DNA of 46,252 bases, from contig JACPAM010000277.1 in NCBI GenBank assembly GCA_016180805.1, forward strand, positions 1 through 46,252, given 5' to 3'. A program made the translations under genes and the position numbers. Below, piece after piece: positions 8,960 to 18,777 of the stretch. The notes beneath the pieces were generated by a model. That model was given only the letters and a program-made list of their open reading frames with translations, did not search any database and had not been told where the DNA came from. Source of the stretch: Deltaproteobacteria bacterium (GTDB lineage: Bacteria; Desulfobacterota; Binatia; UBA9968). The number at the start of each line of letters is the position of its first letter. Position 1 is the first letter of the stretch.

Positions 8960-9883
8960 ATGGGTCGGTATATCCTGGGTCACATAGTCCAAGCGGTGTT
9001 CACTATGTGGATAGTGGTCACCCTTGTTTTTGGACTCGTAAGGTTGGCAGGAAGCCCGGTTGACATCCTGGCGGGGGAGTTAGCTTCCCGTGAGCAGGTA
9101 GAAGCCCTGAAGCAACGTTTTGGCCTCGATAAACCCCTGCACGTCCAATACGGAATGTATCTGTGGGGCATCCTGCGCGGGGACTTCGGGGAATCTGTTA
9201 TTACCCGTGAGCCAGCCATGGCCGAGGTTCTCCAACGGTCTTGGGCGTCTGTGCAGCTGGGTGCTGTTGCCATGGTGTTTACACTGGCTATGGCTTTACC
9301 CATTGGAGTATATGCTGCTGTATACAGGGGACGCCGTCTGGACAGGCTCGCTAGCGCCTTTGGCATTCTCGGCCAGGCTGTCCCTCCCTTCTGGTTAGGC
9401 ATCCTGCTCATCTGGCTCTTTGCCGGGCAACTACGCTGGTTGCCGGCGGCAGGTAAGAGTGGACCAGCATCCTTCGTTATGCCGGTAATAGTAATAAGCT
9501 GGTATGCAGTAGCGGGTATTATGCGCTTGACTCGATCTACGATGCTCGATGTGCTGGATAGCGAGTATATCAAACTCGCCAGAATCAAGGGGCTCCCGGA
9601 ACACTCGGTCATCTGGAAACACGGCTTAAAAAATGCCGCTATACCGGTCATCACCTACGGGGCGCTTATCTTTGTGGGCCTCTTCCTGGTGGGTTCTGTG
9701 GTGGCGGAAACGATATTTACCTGGCCAGGGGTAGGCCGTCTTATCATTCTCCAGTCAGTGCGCTTCCGTGACTTCCCCGTGGTACAGGCTGCCGTTATCT
9801 TTATCTGCTTCCTGTACGTGACGGTTAACCTATTCGTAGACATCCTCTATAGCTACCTCGATCCCAGAATCAGGCGAGCCTAG
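8960..9883 (+). CDS. Peptide-type ABC permease, DppB/OppB-like
   Basis: GLDKPLHVQY, GDFGES, EYIKLARIKGL, LDPRI. Confidence 0.93.
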   Translation: MGRYILGHIVQAVFTMWIVVTLVFGLVRLAGSPVDILAGELASREQVEALKQRFGLDKPLHVQYGMYLWGILRGDFGESVITREPAMAEVLQRSWASVQLGAVAMVFTLAMALPIGVYAAVYRGRRLDRLASAFGILGQAVPPFWLGILLIWLFAGQLRWLPAAGKSGPASFVMPVIVISWYAVAGIMRLTRSTMLDVLDSEYIKLARIKGLPEHSVIWKHGLKNAAIPVITYGALIFVGLFLVGSVVAETIFTWPGVGRLIILQSVRFRDFPVVQAAVIFICFLYVTVNLFVDILYSYLDPRIRRA

Positions 9884-10762
9884 ATGCAAATAGCGATCAG
9901 AGTTCCGGCAGCGCGAGTCAAGAGACTGGTGGTCCCATTAAGGCAAGTGCCAGTCCTTCCACTGGCTATCCTGTTGCTGTTGGTCCTTACTGCCCTCCTG
10001 GCTCCCGTCCTCGCTCCCGGGTCCCCTACAGAGCAGAATCTAGGCAAACGGCTTCTACCCCCTGCCTGGGTCGGAGGTGGATCCTGGGACTACCCTCTGG
10101 GAACCGACCTATTCGGCCGAGATATTCTGAGCCGAGTGATCTACGGCGCTCGCATCTCGCTCATGATCTCTATGACGGCCATAGGAGTCGGGGGGTTATT
10201 TGGGATCCTCGTAGCCCTGCCGGCTGGCTACTTAGGAGGCAGGGTGGATATGTTGTTAATGAGGGCTGTAGACGTGGCTCTGTCTATCCCCACCATTTTG
10301 ATCGGGATTGTTCTGGCAGTGACTCTGGGGCCCAGCTATGAAGCCGTTATCTCTGTTATCGTCCTCTTTGTCTGGCCGAGATATGCTCGACAGGTCAGGG
10401 GCGAAACGCTTGCCATTAAGCAAAGAGATTTCATCGCCCTGGCGAAGATTGCCGGTAGCTCTCGGGCCAGGATCCTGATCGTCCATATTTTTCCGAACCT
10501 GGTGCCTACACTGCTCGTCCTAAGCAGCCTCCAAGTCGGGGCAGCCATTATCATGGAGGCCACCTTGAGCTTTCTCGGTGTGGGGATTCCACCGCCAGCC
10601 CCGGCATGGGGGGTGATGGTGGCCGATGGCAAGGATCTGGTGGTATCTGCCTGGTGGGTATCTCTATTCCCGGGCATCGCCATCCTCCTTACCGTCCTTA
10701 GCCTTAACCTTCTGGGGGACTGGCTCCGAGACCGCCTCGACCCTAAGCTGAGGCAGGTGTAG
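9884..10762 (+). CDS. Peptide-type ABC permease, DppC/OppC-like
   Basis: LGTDLFGRDILSRVIYGARISL, EATLSFLGVG, NLLGDWLRDRLDP. Confidence 0.93.
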   Translation: MQIAIRVPAARVKRLVVPLRQVPVLPLAILLLLVLTALLAPVLAPGSPTEQNLGKRLLPPAWVGGGSWDYPLGTDLFGRDILSRVIYGARISLMISMTAIGVGGLFGILVALPAGYLGGRVDMLLMRAVDVALSIPTILIGIVLAVTLGPSYEAVISVIVLFVWPRYARQVRGETLAIKQRDFIALAKIAGSSRARILIVHIFPNLVPTLLVLSSLQVGAAIIMEATLSFLGVGIPPPAPAWGVMVADGKDLVVSAWWVSLFPGIAILLTVLSLNLLGDWLRDRLDPKLRQV

Positions 10763-10774
10763 ACGGAAAGGACA

Positions 10775-11743
10775 ATGACCCAGCCGTTGTTGCAGGTGGA
10801 GAACTTGCGAACTTACTTCTTGAGCCGTTGGGGAACGGTTAAGGCCGTGGACGGTGTGAGTTTCAGCGTGCACCCAGGAGAGACCCTCGGGCTGGTCGGC
10901 GAATCCGGCTGTGGCAAGAGCGTGACTTGTCTATCCATCCTCCGGCTGGTCCCACAACCGGCGGGAAAGATTGTGGGAGGGAGAGTCCTTTGGGAGGGGG
11001 AGGACTTGCTAAAGAAGAGCGAGGTCGAGATGCGCCGTATCCGGGGCGGTTGCATCTCTATGATCCTTCAGGACCCCATGACCTCTCTTAATCCGGTTTT
11101 TTCTATCGGTGATCAGGTCGCCGAAGGGATCGCAATCCATCGGAGACTAAAGGGAAAGACGCTTTGGCAAAAGACCGCCGAGGTCCTGGGTCTGGTCCGT
11201 ATTTCATCGGCGAAGGCTCGGCTTCGCGACTACCCCCATCAGTTCAGCGGCGGGATGCGGCAGCGCGTGGTGGGAGCCATATCCCTTGCGTGCGAGCCTC
11301 GCCTCCTCATTGCGGATGAGCCGACGACCTCGCTGGACGTGACTATCCAGTTGCAATATTTGAACCTGCTGAAGGAAATTCAGAGGCGATCCGGAGTAGC
11401 CATGATCTTTGTCACCCATGATTTTGGCATCGTGGCCAAGACATGCGACCGCGTGGCCGTCATGTACGCCGGCAGGATCGTAGAGATCGCAAGCGTTCGA
11501 GACCTGTTTAGCAGACCTGCGCATCCCTATACTCGGGCCCTCCTCGACTCTATCCCCAACCTGGAGGAGCAGGTAGATCGGCTCTACTCTATCGAAGGGC
11601 AGCCGCCTGCGCTCCACAGCCTTCCACCAGGTTGCGCCTTCGCCCCTAGATGCCCCTATGCTACGCGCCGTTGCGACCATGAATATCCTCCCGAGGTATC
11701 CCTAAACTCGGGCCATATGGCGCTGTGCTGGAGGGTCGCCTAA
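10775..11743 (+). CDS. Peptide-type ABC ATPase, DppD/OppD-like
   Basis: [36 protein letters not shown]. Confidence 0.95.
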   Translation: MTQPLLQVENLRTYFLSRWGTVKAVDGVSFSVHPGETLGLVGESGCGKSVTCLSILRLVPQPAGKIVGGRVLWEGEDLLKKSEVEMRRIRGGCISMILQDPMTSLNPVFSIGDQVAEGIAIHRRLKGKTLWQKTAEVLGLVRISSAKARLRDYPHQFSGGMRQRVVGAISLACEPRLLIADEPTTSLDVTIQLQYLNLLKEIQRRSGVAMIFVTHDFGIVAKTCDRVAVMYAGRIVEIASVRDLFSRPAHPYTRALLDSIPNLEEQVDRLYSIEGQPPALHSLPPGCAFAPRCPYATRRCDHEYPPEVSLNSGHMALCWRVA

Positions 11744-12762
11744 TGACAGAGGTGCTGCTGGAAGCCCAGAGCCTGAAAAAGCACTTTCCAGTAACCGCGG
11801 GCTTTATTCTGGCGCGGACCGTGAGCTCAATTAAAGCGGTTGACGGAGTTTCCTTTATTATCCGGCAGGGGGAGACTCTGAGCCTAGTCGGAGAATCTGG
11901 GTGCGGCAAGACCACCACCGCGAAGATGATTCTGTTGTTGGAGGATCCCACCATGGGGAGCATTCTCTTCCGTGGCAAGGATCTTCAACGCCTTACCCCC
12001 GCGGAGATGAAGGAGTACCGCGCCTCGGTGCAGGCAGTGTTCCAGGACCCGTGGAGTTCCCTCAACCCCCGCCTGCGGGTGGGCTCTATCATCGGCGAGC
12101 CTTTGGTGGTGAATCGGGCCTTGCCAAGCAAGGCGATCCAGGAGCAGGTTAGGGAACTCCTGCTCCAAGTGGGGTTGCGCCCGGACCACGACGACCTGTA
12201 CCCGCACGAGTTCAGCGGCGGGCAGCGACAGCGGATCGCCATAGCCCGAGCGTTGTCTCTCAAGCCAGCCCTGATCGTGCTTGACGAGCCGGTCTCGGCC
12301 CTAGACGTCTCTATTCGAGCCCAGATCATGAACCTGCTGAAGGACCTGCAACATCAATATGGCCTCGGCTACCTTCTCATCGCCCACAATTTGGCCACCG
12401 TGCGCTACATGAGCCACCGGGTAGCAGTGATGTATTTGGGCAAGATTGTGGAGACGGCCCAGACAAAGCAACTTTTCTCTCACCCTCAGCATCCGTACAC
12501 ACGGGCCTTGATCTCGGCCGCCCTTCGCTCCCGCCCCGATACCCAGGATGAAGAGATCGTGCTTCCCGGAGAGGTACCGTCCCCGTTGGATCCGCCGCCG
12601 GGCTGCTCCTTTCACCCCCGATGCTCAAATGCATTGCCCCTGTGCTCCAAGACAACGCCTGTTCCCCGAGAGCAAGAGAGGGGACATTGGGTAGCGTGCC
12701 ATCTTGCCGAGACTCTGACCGTCGCAACCCGTGCCACAATTTCTGCGGAGGAGCGACCATGA
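11743..12762 (+). CDS. Peptide-type ABC ATPase, DppF/OppF-like
   Basis: [31 protein letters not shown]; TAATG coupling to the previous gene. Confidence 0.95.
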   Translation: MTEVLLEAQSLKKHFPVTAGFILARTVSSIKAVDGVSFIIRQGETLSLVGESGCGKTTTAKMILLLEDPTMGSILFRGKDLQRLTPAEMKEYRASVQAVFQDPWSSLNPRLRVGSIIGEPLVVNRALPSKAIQEQVRELLLQVGLRPDHDDLYPHEFSGGQRQRIAIARALSLKPALIVLDEPVSALDVSIRAQIMNLLKDLQHQYGLGYLLIAHNLATVRYMSHRVAVMYLGKIVETAQTKQLFSHPQHPYTRALISAALRSRPDTQDEEIVLPGEVPSPLDPPPGCSFHPRCSNALPLCSKTTPVPREQERGHWVACHLAETLTVATRATISAEERP

Positions 12763-12771
12763 TTCCCTCGA

Positions 12772-12925
12772 AAGCTCCTCGGGGGCCGAGCCATCAGGCC
12801 GCGGCCGATGGACTAAGCTCCCTCGGGGAAGTCGTACCGTCTGTAATCGGACGTCCGCAGCCTCGCTCGTGCACCCCCTCGGTCGCGGACAAGGACGGCC
12901 GCGGCCTTCCTTCTCGTCCCCCTCG
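12772..12925 (+). repeat. Modular palindromic interspersed repeat, copy A
   Basis: Contains gcggccgatgg, aagctccctcggg and gtctgtaatcggacgtccgcagcctcgctcg..cccctcggtcgc shared with copies B-E. Confidence 0.85.
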
Positions 12926-13045
12926 GGCTTCAAAGTGAAAGTGTGTCGGTGCAGGGGGCGGCTCGGGCCTTTCATATGCAAGGGCGAAGCTGCCGAAATC
13001 TTTACAGACGCGATTCAAATGAGGACGAGAGGAGGGAGGTAGCCA

Positions 13046-13285
13046 ATGGTCATGGAAATGCGCTTGCCCCAGTTCGACATGCTGGATGCAGATGCGACGA
13101 TCCTTCAGTGGCTCAAGAGGGAGGGAGATCACATCAGCGAGGGTGAGCATGTGGTAGAGATAGAAACGGCCAAGGCGGCGGGAGCGTTGGAGGCCCCGGT
13201 CTCCGGGGTTCTGGTTCGTATCCAGGCGCCAGTAGGGGCGACGGTAACCTCGGGCGCGGTTTTGGCCCTCATTGAGGAAGCCTAA
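13046..13285 (+). CDS. Stand-alone lipoyl-domain carrier protein
   Basis: WLKREGD..EGE..VEIETAKA...EAPVSG; lipoyl Lys retained; own RBS and stop, no E2 core. Confidence 0.9.
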   Translation: MVMEMRLPQFDMLDADATILQWLKREGDHISEGEHVVEIETAKAAGALEAPVSGVLVRIQAPVGATVTSGAVLALIEEA

Positions 13286-13327
13286 CAGCAGGGAGAGGCG
13301 GCGACATCAATCAAAGGAGGCAATGTC

Positions 13328-14371
13328 ATGGAGCGTGCCACTATGCTGCGTAGCGAACTGGATGCGGAAGTTTGTCTTCAGATGTATCGGAAGATGGTGA
13401 CGATCCGCCACTTTGAGGAGGTTTCGGGGGGGGCCTACCGGCGGGGGGAGTTCTGGGGGCCCACTCATTCCTCTGCAGGGGAAGAGGCGGTGGATGTGGG
13501 CGTGTGTACTGCCCTGGAACCGAGTGACAAGATCGTGGGCTATCATCGAAGCCACGGCCTATTCATAGCGAAGGGGTCAGAAATCAAAGCCCTCATGGCT
13601 GAACTCTTTGGCAAGATCACCGGCGCGAGCAAGGGCAAGGGCGGCTCCATGCACTTAGCCGACCGTGCCGTTGGCGGTGTGTGCTCGGGCGGCGTCCTGG
13701 CCTCCTCGGTCCCCGTTGCGGTAGGCGTGGCCCTAGCCCTCAAGAAAGAAAGAAAAAATCAGGTGTGCGTGGTCGGCGTAGGAGACGGCTCCTTCGAGGA
13801 GGGCCATGTCGGTGAATCCATGAACCTGGCTTCACTGTGGAAAGTGCCCCTGATTTTCCTGCTCTACAACAACAAGTATTTTCAGTTGATTAGTGCCCGG
13901 AGTCGTTCTTCGGCGACCCTCCTCTCGGATCGGGCCATCGGCTATAACATCCCGAGGACCGTGGTGGACGGTCAGGATGTGGTAGAGGTCTACCGAGCGA
14001 CCAAGGAAGCGGTGGACCGGGCCCGCTGCGGGGAAGGGCCTAGCCTGATCGAAGCCATGACGTATCGTTACCAGGCACAGGCAGCCCGGGCTGGTTTGGG
14101 TGGCGAGGAAGACTTCCGCCCGCAGGACGAAAGGGAGTACTGGTTCAACCGGGATCCCATAAAGCTGTTTCGGGCCTGTTTGCTGGCTGCCAAGATGGCT
14201 AATCCCGAGGAGTTGGAAGCTGTCGAGCACGAAGTGAAAGCGGCTGTTCAGGAGGCCCTTCACTACGCTCGGAAGAGCCCGTACCCAGATGTGGGCGAGA
14301 TGTTTACCGATATGTACTCCCAGCCGGTCCATCCGGCGTGGTATTTATCTCAGGAGGTGGTGCGGAAATGA
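13328..14371 (+). CDS. ThDP-dependent 2-oxoacid/acetoin dehydrogenase E1 alpha-like subunit
   Basis: GEEA, HRSHG, GKGGSMH, GDG..EG...NN ThDP motif, VDGQDV, DPI. Confidence 0.93.
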   Translation: MERATMLRSELDAEVCLQMYRKMVTIRHFEEVSGGAYRRGEFWGPTHSSAGEEAVDVGVCTALEPSDKIVGYHRSHGLFIAKGSEIKALMAELFGKITGASKGKGGSMHLADRAVGGVCSGGVLASSVPVAVGVALALKKERKNQVCVVGVGDGSFEEGHVGESMNLASLWKVPLIFLLYNNKYFQLISARSRSSATLLSDRAIGYNIPRTVVDGQDVVEVYRATKEAVDRARCGEGPSLIEAMTYRYQAQAARAGLGGEEDFRPQDEREYWFNRDPIKLFRACLLAAKMANPEELEAVEHEVKAAVQEALHYARKSPYPDVGEMFTDMYSQPVHPAWYLSQEVVRK

Positions 14372-15375
14372 CTGCGCAAACGGGTACTCACCCTGTAACC
14401 TACGGGGAAGCGGTTTTGGAGGCATTGCGGGAGGAGGCGCGTCGGGACTCCCGGATCTTCGTGATCGGTTACTACCTGCCTAATATGATCTTCGGCTACT
14501 ATGGCGCCGAGCCTCTGATGGGAGAGCTGGGGGAAGACCGATTCATGTCGTCCCCTGTCACCGAATGCTCCATGGCGGGGGCGGCCGTGGGCGCTGCCAT
14601 GATGGGCCTCCGCCCTGTAGTGGACTTGATGGCCCCTAACTTTGCCTATTATGCCACGGATCAACTGATTAACCAGGCGGCCAAGCAACGTTACACGTCC
14701 GGAGGGCAGTTCTCCGTGCCGGCGGTGTTTGTTCTCCACTACGGGGCTAGGCGAAGTGGCACCCACCATAACGACCGTTCCCATCCGATGTACGTGCAGG
14801 TTCCCGGGTTGCAGGTGCTTGCACCCTGCACGCCCTACGACGCTAAGGGGCTCTTCAAGAGCGCCCTAAGGTCGGAGGACCCGGTCATCTTTTTCCTCGA
14901 CAACATCCCGGGGGAACGGTTCGGAGGCCGACATCAACAGATCCCCGATGAGGAATACCTGGTGCCCATTGGCTCGGCGGTGGTCCGGCGGGAAGGGAAA
15001 GATATCACTGTTGTCCCGATCTGCTGGCTGCACCAGACGATGGAGGCCGTGACGCAGTTGGAGCAGGAAGGGATCTCCGCGGAAGTGGTCGAGCCGAGGA
15101 CCCTGAAACCACTCGATGTCGCCAGCATCATAAGATCGGTGGCGAAGACGGGAAGACTGGTCGTTGTGGACTCGGCTTCTCCTCACAGTGGCACGGCCTC
15201 GGAGGTGGCGGCCGTGGTAACTGAGGAGGCTTTCTCCTATTTGAAGGCGCCTATCCTACGGGTGACGGCGCCGGACGTTCATGTGGGCTTTAGTGCCGCT
15301 TTAGACGACGCCGCGTGGCCGTCCAAAGAGCGAATTGTAGCCGCGATCAAACGGTGCCTGTCCTACCAACGCTAG
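14368..15375 (+). CDS. ThDP-dependent dehydrogenase E1 beta-like subunit
   Basis: SPVTE (catalytic Glu), GLRPVV, DQLINQAAK, PYDAKGL, RTLKPLD, KTGRLVVV; ATGA overlap with E1 alpha. Confidence 0.93.
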   Translation: MTAQTGTHPVTYGEAVLEALREEARRDSRIFVIGYYLPNMIFGYYGAEPLMGELGEDRFMSSPVTECSMAGAAVGAAMMGLRPVVDLMAPNFAYYATDQLINQAAKQRYTSGGQFSVPAVFVLHYGARRSGTHHNDRSHPMYVQVPGLQVLAPCTPYDAKGLFKSALRSEDPVIFFLDNIPGERFGGRHQQIPDEEYLVPIGSAVVRREGKDITVVPICWLHQTMEAVTQLEQEGISAEVVEPRTLKPLDVASIIRSVAKTGRLVVVDSASPHSGTASEVAAVVTEEAFSYLKAPILRVTAPDVHVGFSAALDDAAWPSKERIVAAIKRCLSYQR

Positions 15376-15401
15376 GAAAAACGGCAGTGAAGGAGGAGAC
15401 G

Positions 15402-18227
15402 ATGGCCCAACTGAGTCTGGAGTTACAGCATCTAAAGGCCAAACAGGCTGGCTCGCTCCCCGAAGTATCGCAATACGACCTTCGGCAGCTTCGCAACGCT
15501 CTCTGGGATTGGGATAAGGTGACCAAGGCGTCCCACCCTCGCGGGTGTGCATGGCAACAGTTTTGTAGCTTCAATGTATTCTCCAAGGATGGCGTAATGC
15601 TCAGAGAGGAGCAGGTGGCCGGATATCCTGCCCGCAACGATCCTATGGTCCCCGATCTGAACCCTCGGGGTTGCCAGAAAGGGGCCTCTTATGTTCGCCG
15701 GATTTATGCGCCCGATCGCCTCAAGTATCCCTTAGAACGGGTGGGGGAGCGAGGTGAGGGCAAATGGCGACGAATCAGTTGGGAGGAGGCGCTCACGAAG
15801 ATCGCCGACACGATCGTCGATGTCCTGGCCAAGGATGGTCCCGAGGCCGTCGTTAACAGCATAGGCACAGGGGCCGGCCAGAGCTACGCTTCCGCCGGGA
15901 TCAACAGTTTCCTTAATGCTATGGGAGCTCCGCTCCCTTCCCAAACCACCGAAATCGGGGATTTCTGGCCCGGCACCGCCTTGACTTTCGGCAAGATCTA
16001 TCTTGGCGATTCGGCAGACAACTGGTTCTACGCCGATATCATTTTGATCTGGGGAGGCAACCCCGCTTTCACCCACATCCCGAACTACCACTACCTCGCC
16101 GAGGCCCGCTACCACGGCGCCGAGATCATCGTCATCTCCCCCGATGCCAACGCCTCAACGGTCCACGCCGATCTCTGGGTGCCTGTGAATCAGGGAGGCG
16201 ACGCCGCCCTGGCCCTTTCCTTGGCGCAAGTCATCCTGAGCGAGGGCCTGCATAAGGAGGAGTTCCTCAGGGAGCAGACCGACCTTCCTTTGTTGGTGAG
16301 ACCGGACACCGGAAAGTTCCTCCGCGAGGAGGATTTGAAGCGAGGGGGCGGAGAAGGCGTCTTCTATTTCTATGACTTGAACAGCCGGAGGGTGGTCGAG
16401 GCTCCCCGTAGGAGCTTGGCCCTGGAGGGGATGCTGCCCGCTCTGGACGGGGAGTATGAAGTGAACACCCGCCAGGGAAAGGTCAAAGTAACCCCGGTTA
16501 TGGCGCTGCTCAGAGAGAAGCTCGATCGGGAATACACCCCGGAGCAAGCCTCCCCGCTCTGCGGGGTATCCCCGCAGATGATCCGCAGGCTTGCCCGGCG
16601 GATTGCTCAGGCCAAGGGAGTGGTCAATATATCCACCTCCCTGTGGGGCAAGTACTATCACGGCGACCTGATCGAGCGGGCGATGATTCTCGTGTTTGCC
16701 CTGTGCGGCCACATAGGCCGAAAAGGGGCCTCTTACAACGCCTTCCCGGTGCTCTCCCTGGATACGGCGGTGGGAACCATGCTGCGACGAGGGGGCCAAG
16801 TCATCCTCTCGGCTGCATCGGCGGACCCACGCTACCCAGGGTGGAAGGAAAAGGGTTTCACCGACGAGATGATCCTCTACGAGTATGCCCAAGAGTCTTT
16901 CAGGTCCCTTACTCCTATGTCGTTGTTCTATCAAGTGCACGGGGGGCTCCTCAAATTAATCGAGGAAAATAATAGCTGGGATCCCGACTTGAAGCGCCCG
17001 CTGGCAGACTATATACGGGAATCACGCGAGAAGGGCTGGCAATTTCAAAGTCGTGCCCTGGCTATCGAGCCCCGGGTCATATTTGCCGTAGGTAGCGATT
17101 TCTTCCGAAGAGTTCGGGGAACCGGTCATCTCCTCCAGCACCTGTTGCCCAAGCTCAGGCTGTTGGTAACCATCGACTGGCGCATGAGCGCCACCGCTCT
17201 GTACTCCGACATCGTGCTGCCCGCTGCTACTTGGTACGAGGCCACCGCCGTTCTCCTTACGGCCAGGCCGATAACGCCCTATCTCCATGTAAACGAGCAG
17301 GCGGCAGAGCCTCTATACGAGGCCAAGACTGAATGGGAGATGTTCGTACTCCTTACCCGGAAGATCGAAGAGCAGGCCAGGCGCAGGGGCTTGGCGAGCT
17401 ATCGCGATGCTCCGGGGAATGAGAGACGTTTTGATCAGCTAGTGGACAAGATGACCGCGGGAGGGCTTTATGCCGAAGACGGCGCAGAGGATTTAGCTAG
17501 GGACATCTACTACAACGCGGCCAACGTAGAGGTAACGGACTGGGAGGAGTTCAAGCAGCGAGGGATAGCCCCTTTTACAGGCATCGGCAACGTGGGAGGG
17601 CCGATGGGCTCCATGGGCAACGCTTGCGATCTCCGGGAGGGGGAGCCCATGGTCCCTCTGGTCTGGCATACCGAAAGGAAGCAGCCTTACCCCACTCTCA
17701 CTCGGCGCATCCAGTTCTACATCGACCACGATTGGTTTATGGAGCTGGGGGAAGCCCTGCCTACTCACAAAGATTCCCCTCGGGCCGGTGGCGACTATCC
17801 CCTTCAACTGACCGGGGGCCATGCGCGCTGGAGCATCCACAGCGACTGGATTGACGACGCTATGATTTTGCGGTTGCAGCGGGGCCAACCGGTGCTGTTC
17901 ATGAGCCAACACGACGCCAGCGCCCGGGACATCGAGGACGGGGACGAGGTGGAAGCCCATAATGATCTGACCTCCTTTCGTATCCAGGCGGTCGTTACCC
18001 CTTGCATAAGGCCCGGGCAGGCGATTGTCTACCACCCGTGGATCAACTACCAGTTTCCGGGATGGCGACATTTTAAAGGGGTCATGCCGTCCCCCTTGAA
18101 CCCTACTCTCCTTGCCGGGAACTCTGGGGGCGAGTCCCACCTGAAGGCCCGAGCGGATGCTTTCCACCCCGGCAATAACGACCGCGATACGAGGGTGGAA
18201 GTCAGGAAGGCAGAGAAGCGCGTTTAA
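15402..18227 (+). CDS. Type II DMSO-reductase-family molybdo-bis-PGD catalytic alpha subunit (EbdA/steroid C25 dehydrogenase/SerA-like), no Tat signal
   Basis: WDKV..SH...C.....C, NPRGCQKG, RLKYPLERVGERGEGKW, GD ligand motif, TLTRRIQFYIDH, HARWSIHS, NDRDTRVEV; aggagg RBS before ATG 15402. Confidence 0.93.
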   Translation: MAQLSLELQHLKAKQAGSLPEVSQYDLRQLRNALWDWDKVTKASHPRGCAWQQFCSFNVFSKDGVMLREEQVAGYPARNDPMVPDLNPRGCQKGASYVRRIYAPDRLKYPLERVGERGEGKWRRISWEEALTKIADTIVDVLAKDGPEAVVNSIGTGAGQSYASAGINSFLNAMGAPLPSQTTEIGDFWPGTALTFGKIYLGDSADNWFYADIILIWGGNPAFTHIPNYHYLAEARYHGAEIIVISPDANASTVHADLWVPVNQGGDAALALSLAQVILSEGLHKEEFLREQTDLPLLVRPDTGKFLREEDLKRGGGEGVFYFYDLNSRRVVEAPRRSLALEGMLPALDGEYEVNTRQGKVKVTPVMALLREKLDREYTPEQASPLCGVSPQMIRRLARRIAQAKGVVNISTSLWGKYYHGDLIERAMILVFALCGHIGRKGASYNAFPVLSLDTAVGTMLRRGGQVILSAASADPRYPGWKEKGFTDEMILYEYAQESFRSLTPMSLFYQVHGGLLKLIEENNSWDPDLKRPLADYIRESREKGWQFQSRALAIEPRVIFAVGSDFFRRVRGTGHLLQHLLPKLRLLVTIDWRMSATALYSDIVLPAATWYEATAVLLTARPITPYLHVNEQAAEPLYEAKTEWEMFVLLTRKIEEQARRRGLASYRDAPGNERRFDQLVDKMTAGGLYAEDGAEDLARDIYYNAANVEVTDWEEFKQRGIAPFTGIGNVGGPMGSMGNACDLREGEPMVPLVWHTERKQPYPTLTRRIQFYIDHDWFMELGEALPTHKDSPRAGGDYPLQLTGGHARWSIHSDWIDDAMILRLQRGQPVLFMSQHDASARDIEDGDEVEAHNDLTSFRIQAVVTPCIRPGQAIVYHPWINYQFPGWRHFKGVMPSPLNPTLLAGNSGGESHLKARADAFHPGNNDRDTRVEVRKAEKRV

Positions 18228-18364
18228 ATAGGATCAGATTCGACTGTTTGTCAACAAAAGACTTGACCCGTCCCCACAAGAAGCCACGAGCGAGCGTGGC
18301 ATCCGCGTTGCCGAATATTGTCTCGAATCAATCAGTGGCATGTGGCTTTATGGCTCCGGGGAGA

Positions 18365-18392
18365 CCTGTCTGCGTGCGGACACGCACAGGCA
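18365..18392. repeat. Short REP-like hairpin
   Basis: ctgtc-tgcgtg-cgga-cacgca-ca-ggcag. Confidence 0.45.
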
Positions 18393-18540
18393 GATAGACT
18401 GCGCTCCGAGGTCATGCTGTGGGTTACGTGAAAAGACCCCTTTGCTCTTTGAGAGGTCGTCAAGATCAGGGGATGAATGTTCTGAACTTTCCCGAGGGGC
18501 AGCGCCACAAGGCACGGGACGTAAGTCCGTGGTACGGGGT

Positions 18541-18765
18541 TTACTTGTAAAAGATGTCCTTCAGCTTCCCTATCAGAGCAGTATCCAGTTTGAAAAAGTC
18601 GTTGATGATTTCTTCTACTTCTTTGCCACCCACTGGATCCACTTCGAGCCTGAACTTTTTCATTTCGGCGAAAAACTCTCTGTCTCCCATGGTATCCACA
18701 AATGCCCTGCGCAGCATGCCGACCCGGTCTTTGGGTGTTCCCGGAGGCAACGCATAGGTGAGCGC
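18541..18765 (-). pseudogene. C-terminal fragment of a Bug/TctC tripartite tricarboxylate-binding protein
   Basis: YALPPGTPKDRV..LRRAF..T..D.EF..E.KK..LEV.P..G.E typical of the TctC C-terminus; the N-terminal ~250 aa are absent. Confidence 0.75.
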
Positions 18766-18777
18766 AACAAAAAAGCT

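Larger units (their letters stand above)
4860..18777. mobile_element. Putative metabolic genomic island (no integrase visible)
   Basis: Flanked by direct repeats; self-contained same-strand catabolic cluster; visibly more A/T-ending codons in the ABC genes; gene fragment at the right border. Confidence 0.55.

Noticed and set aside
15315-15401. Upstream extension of the alpha subunit as a possible Tat leader
   Set aside because: Overlaps E1 beta, has no twin-arginine motif, and a strong RBS precedes 15402
15402-18227. Calling the Mo enzyme nitrate, perchlorate or selenate reductase
   Set aside because: Shorter than NarG, with no NarI/gamma subunit and no Tat signal; the substrate cannot be read from motifs
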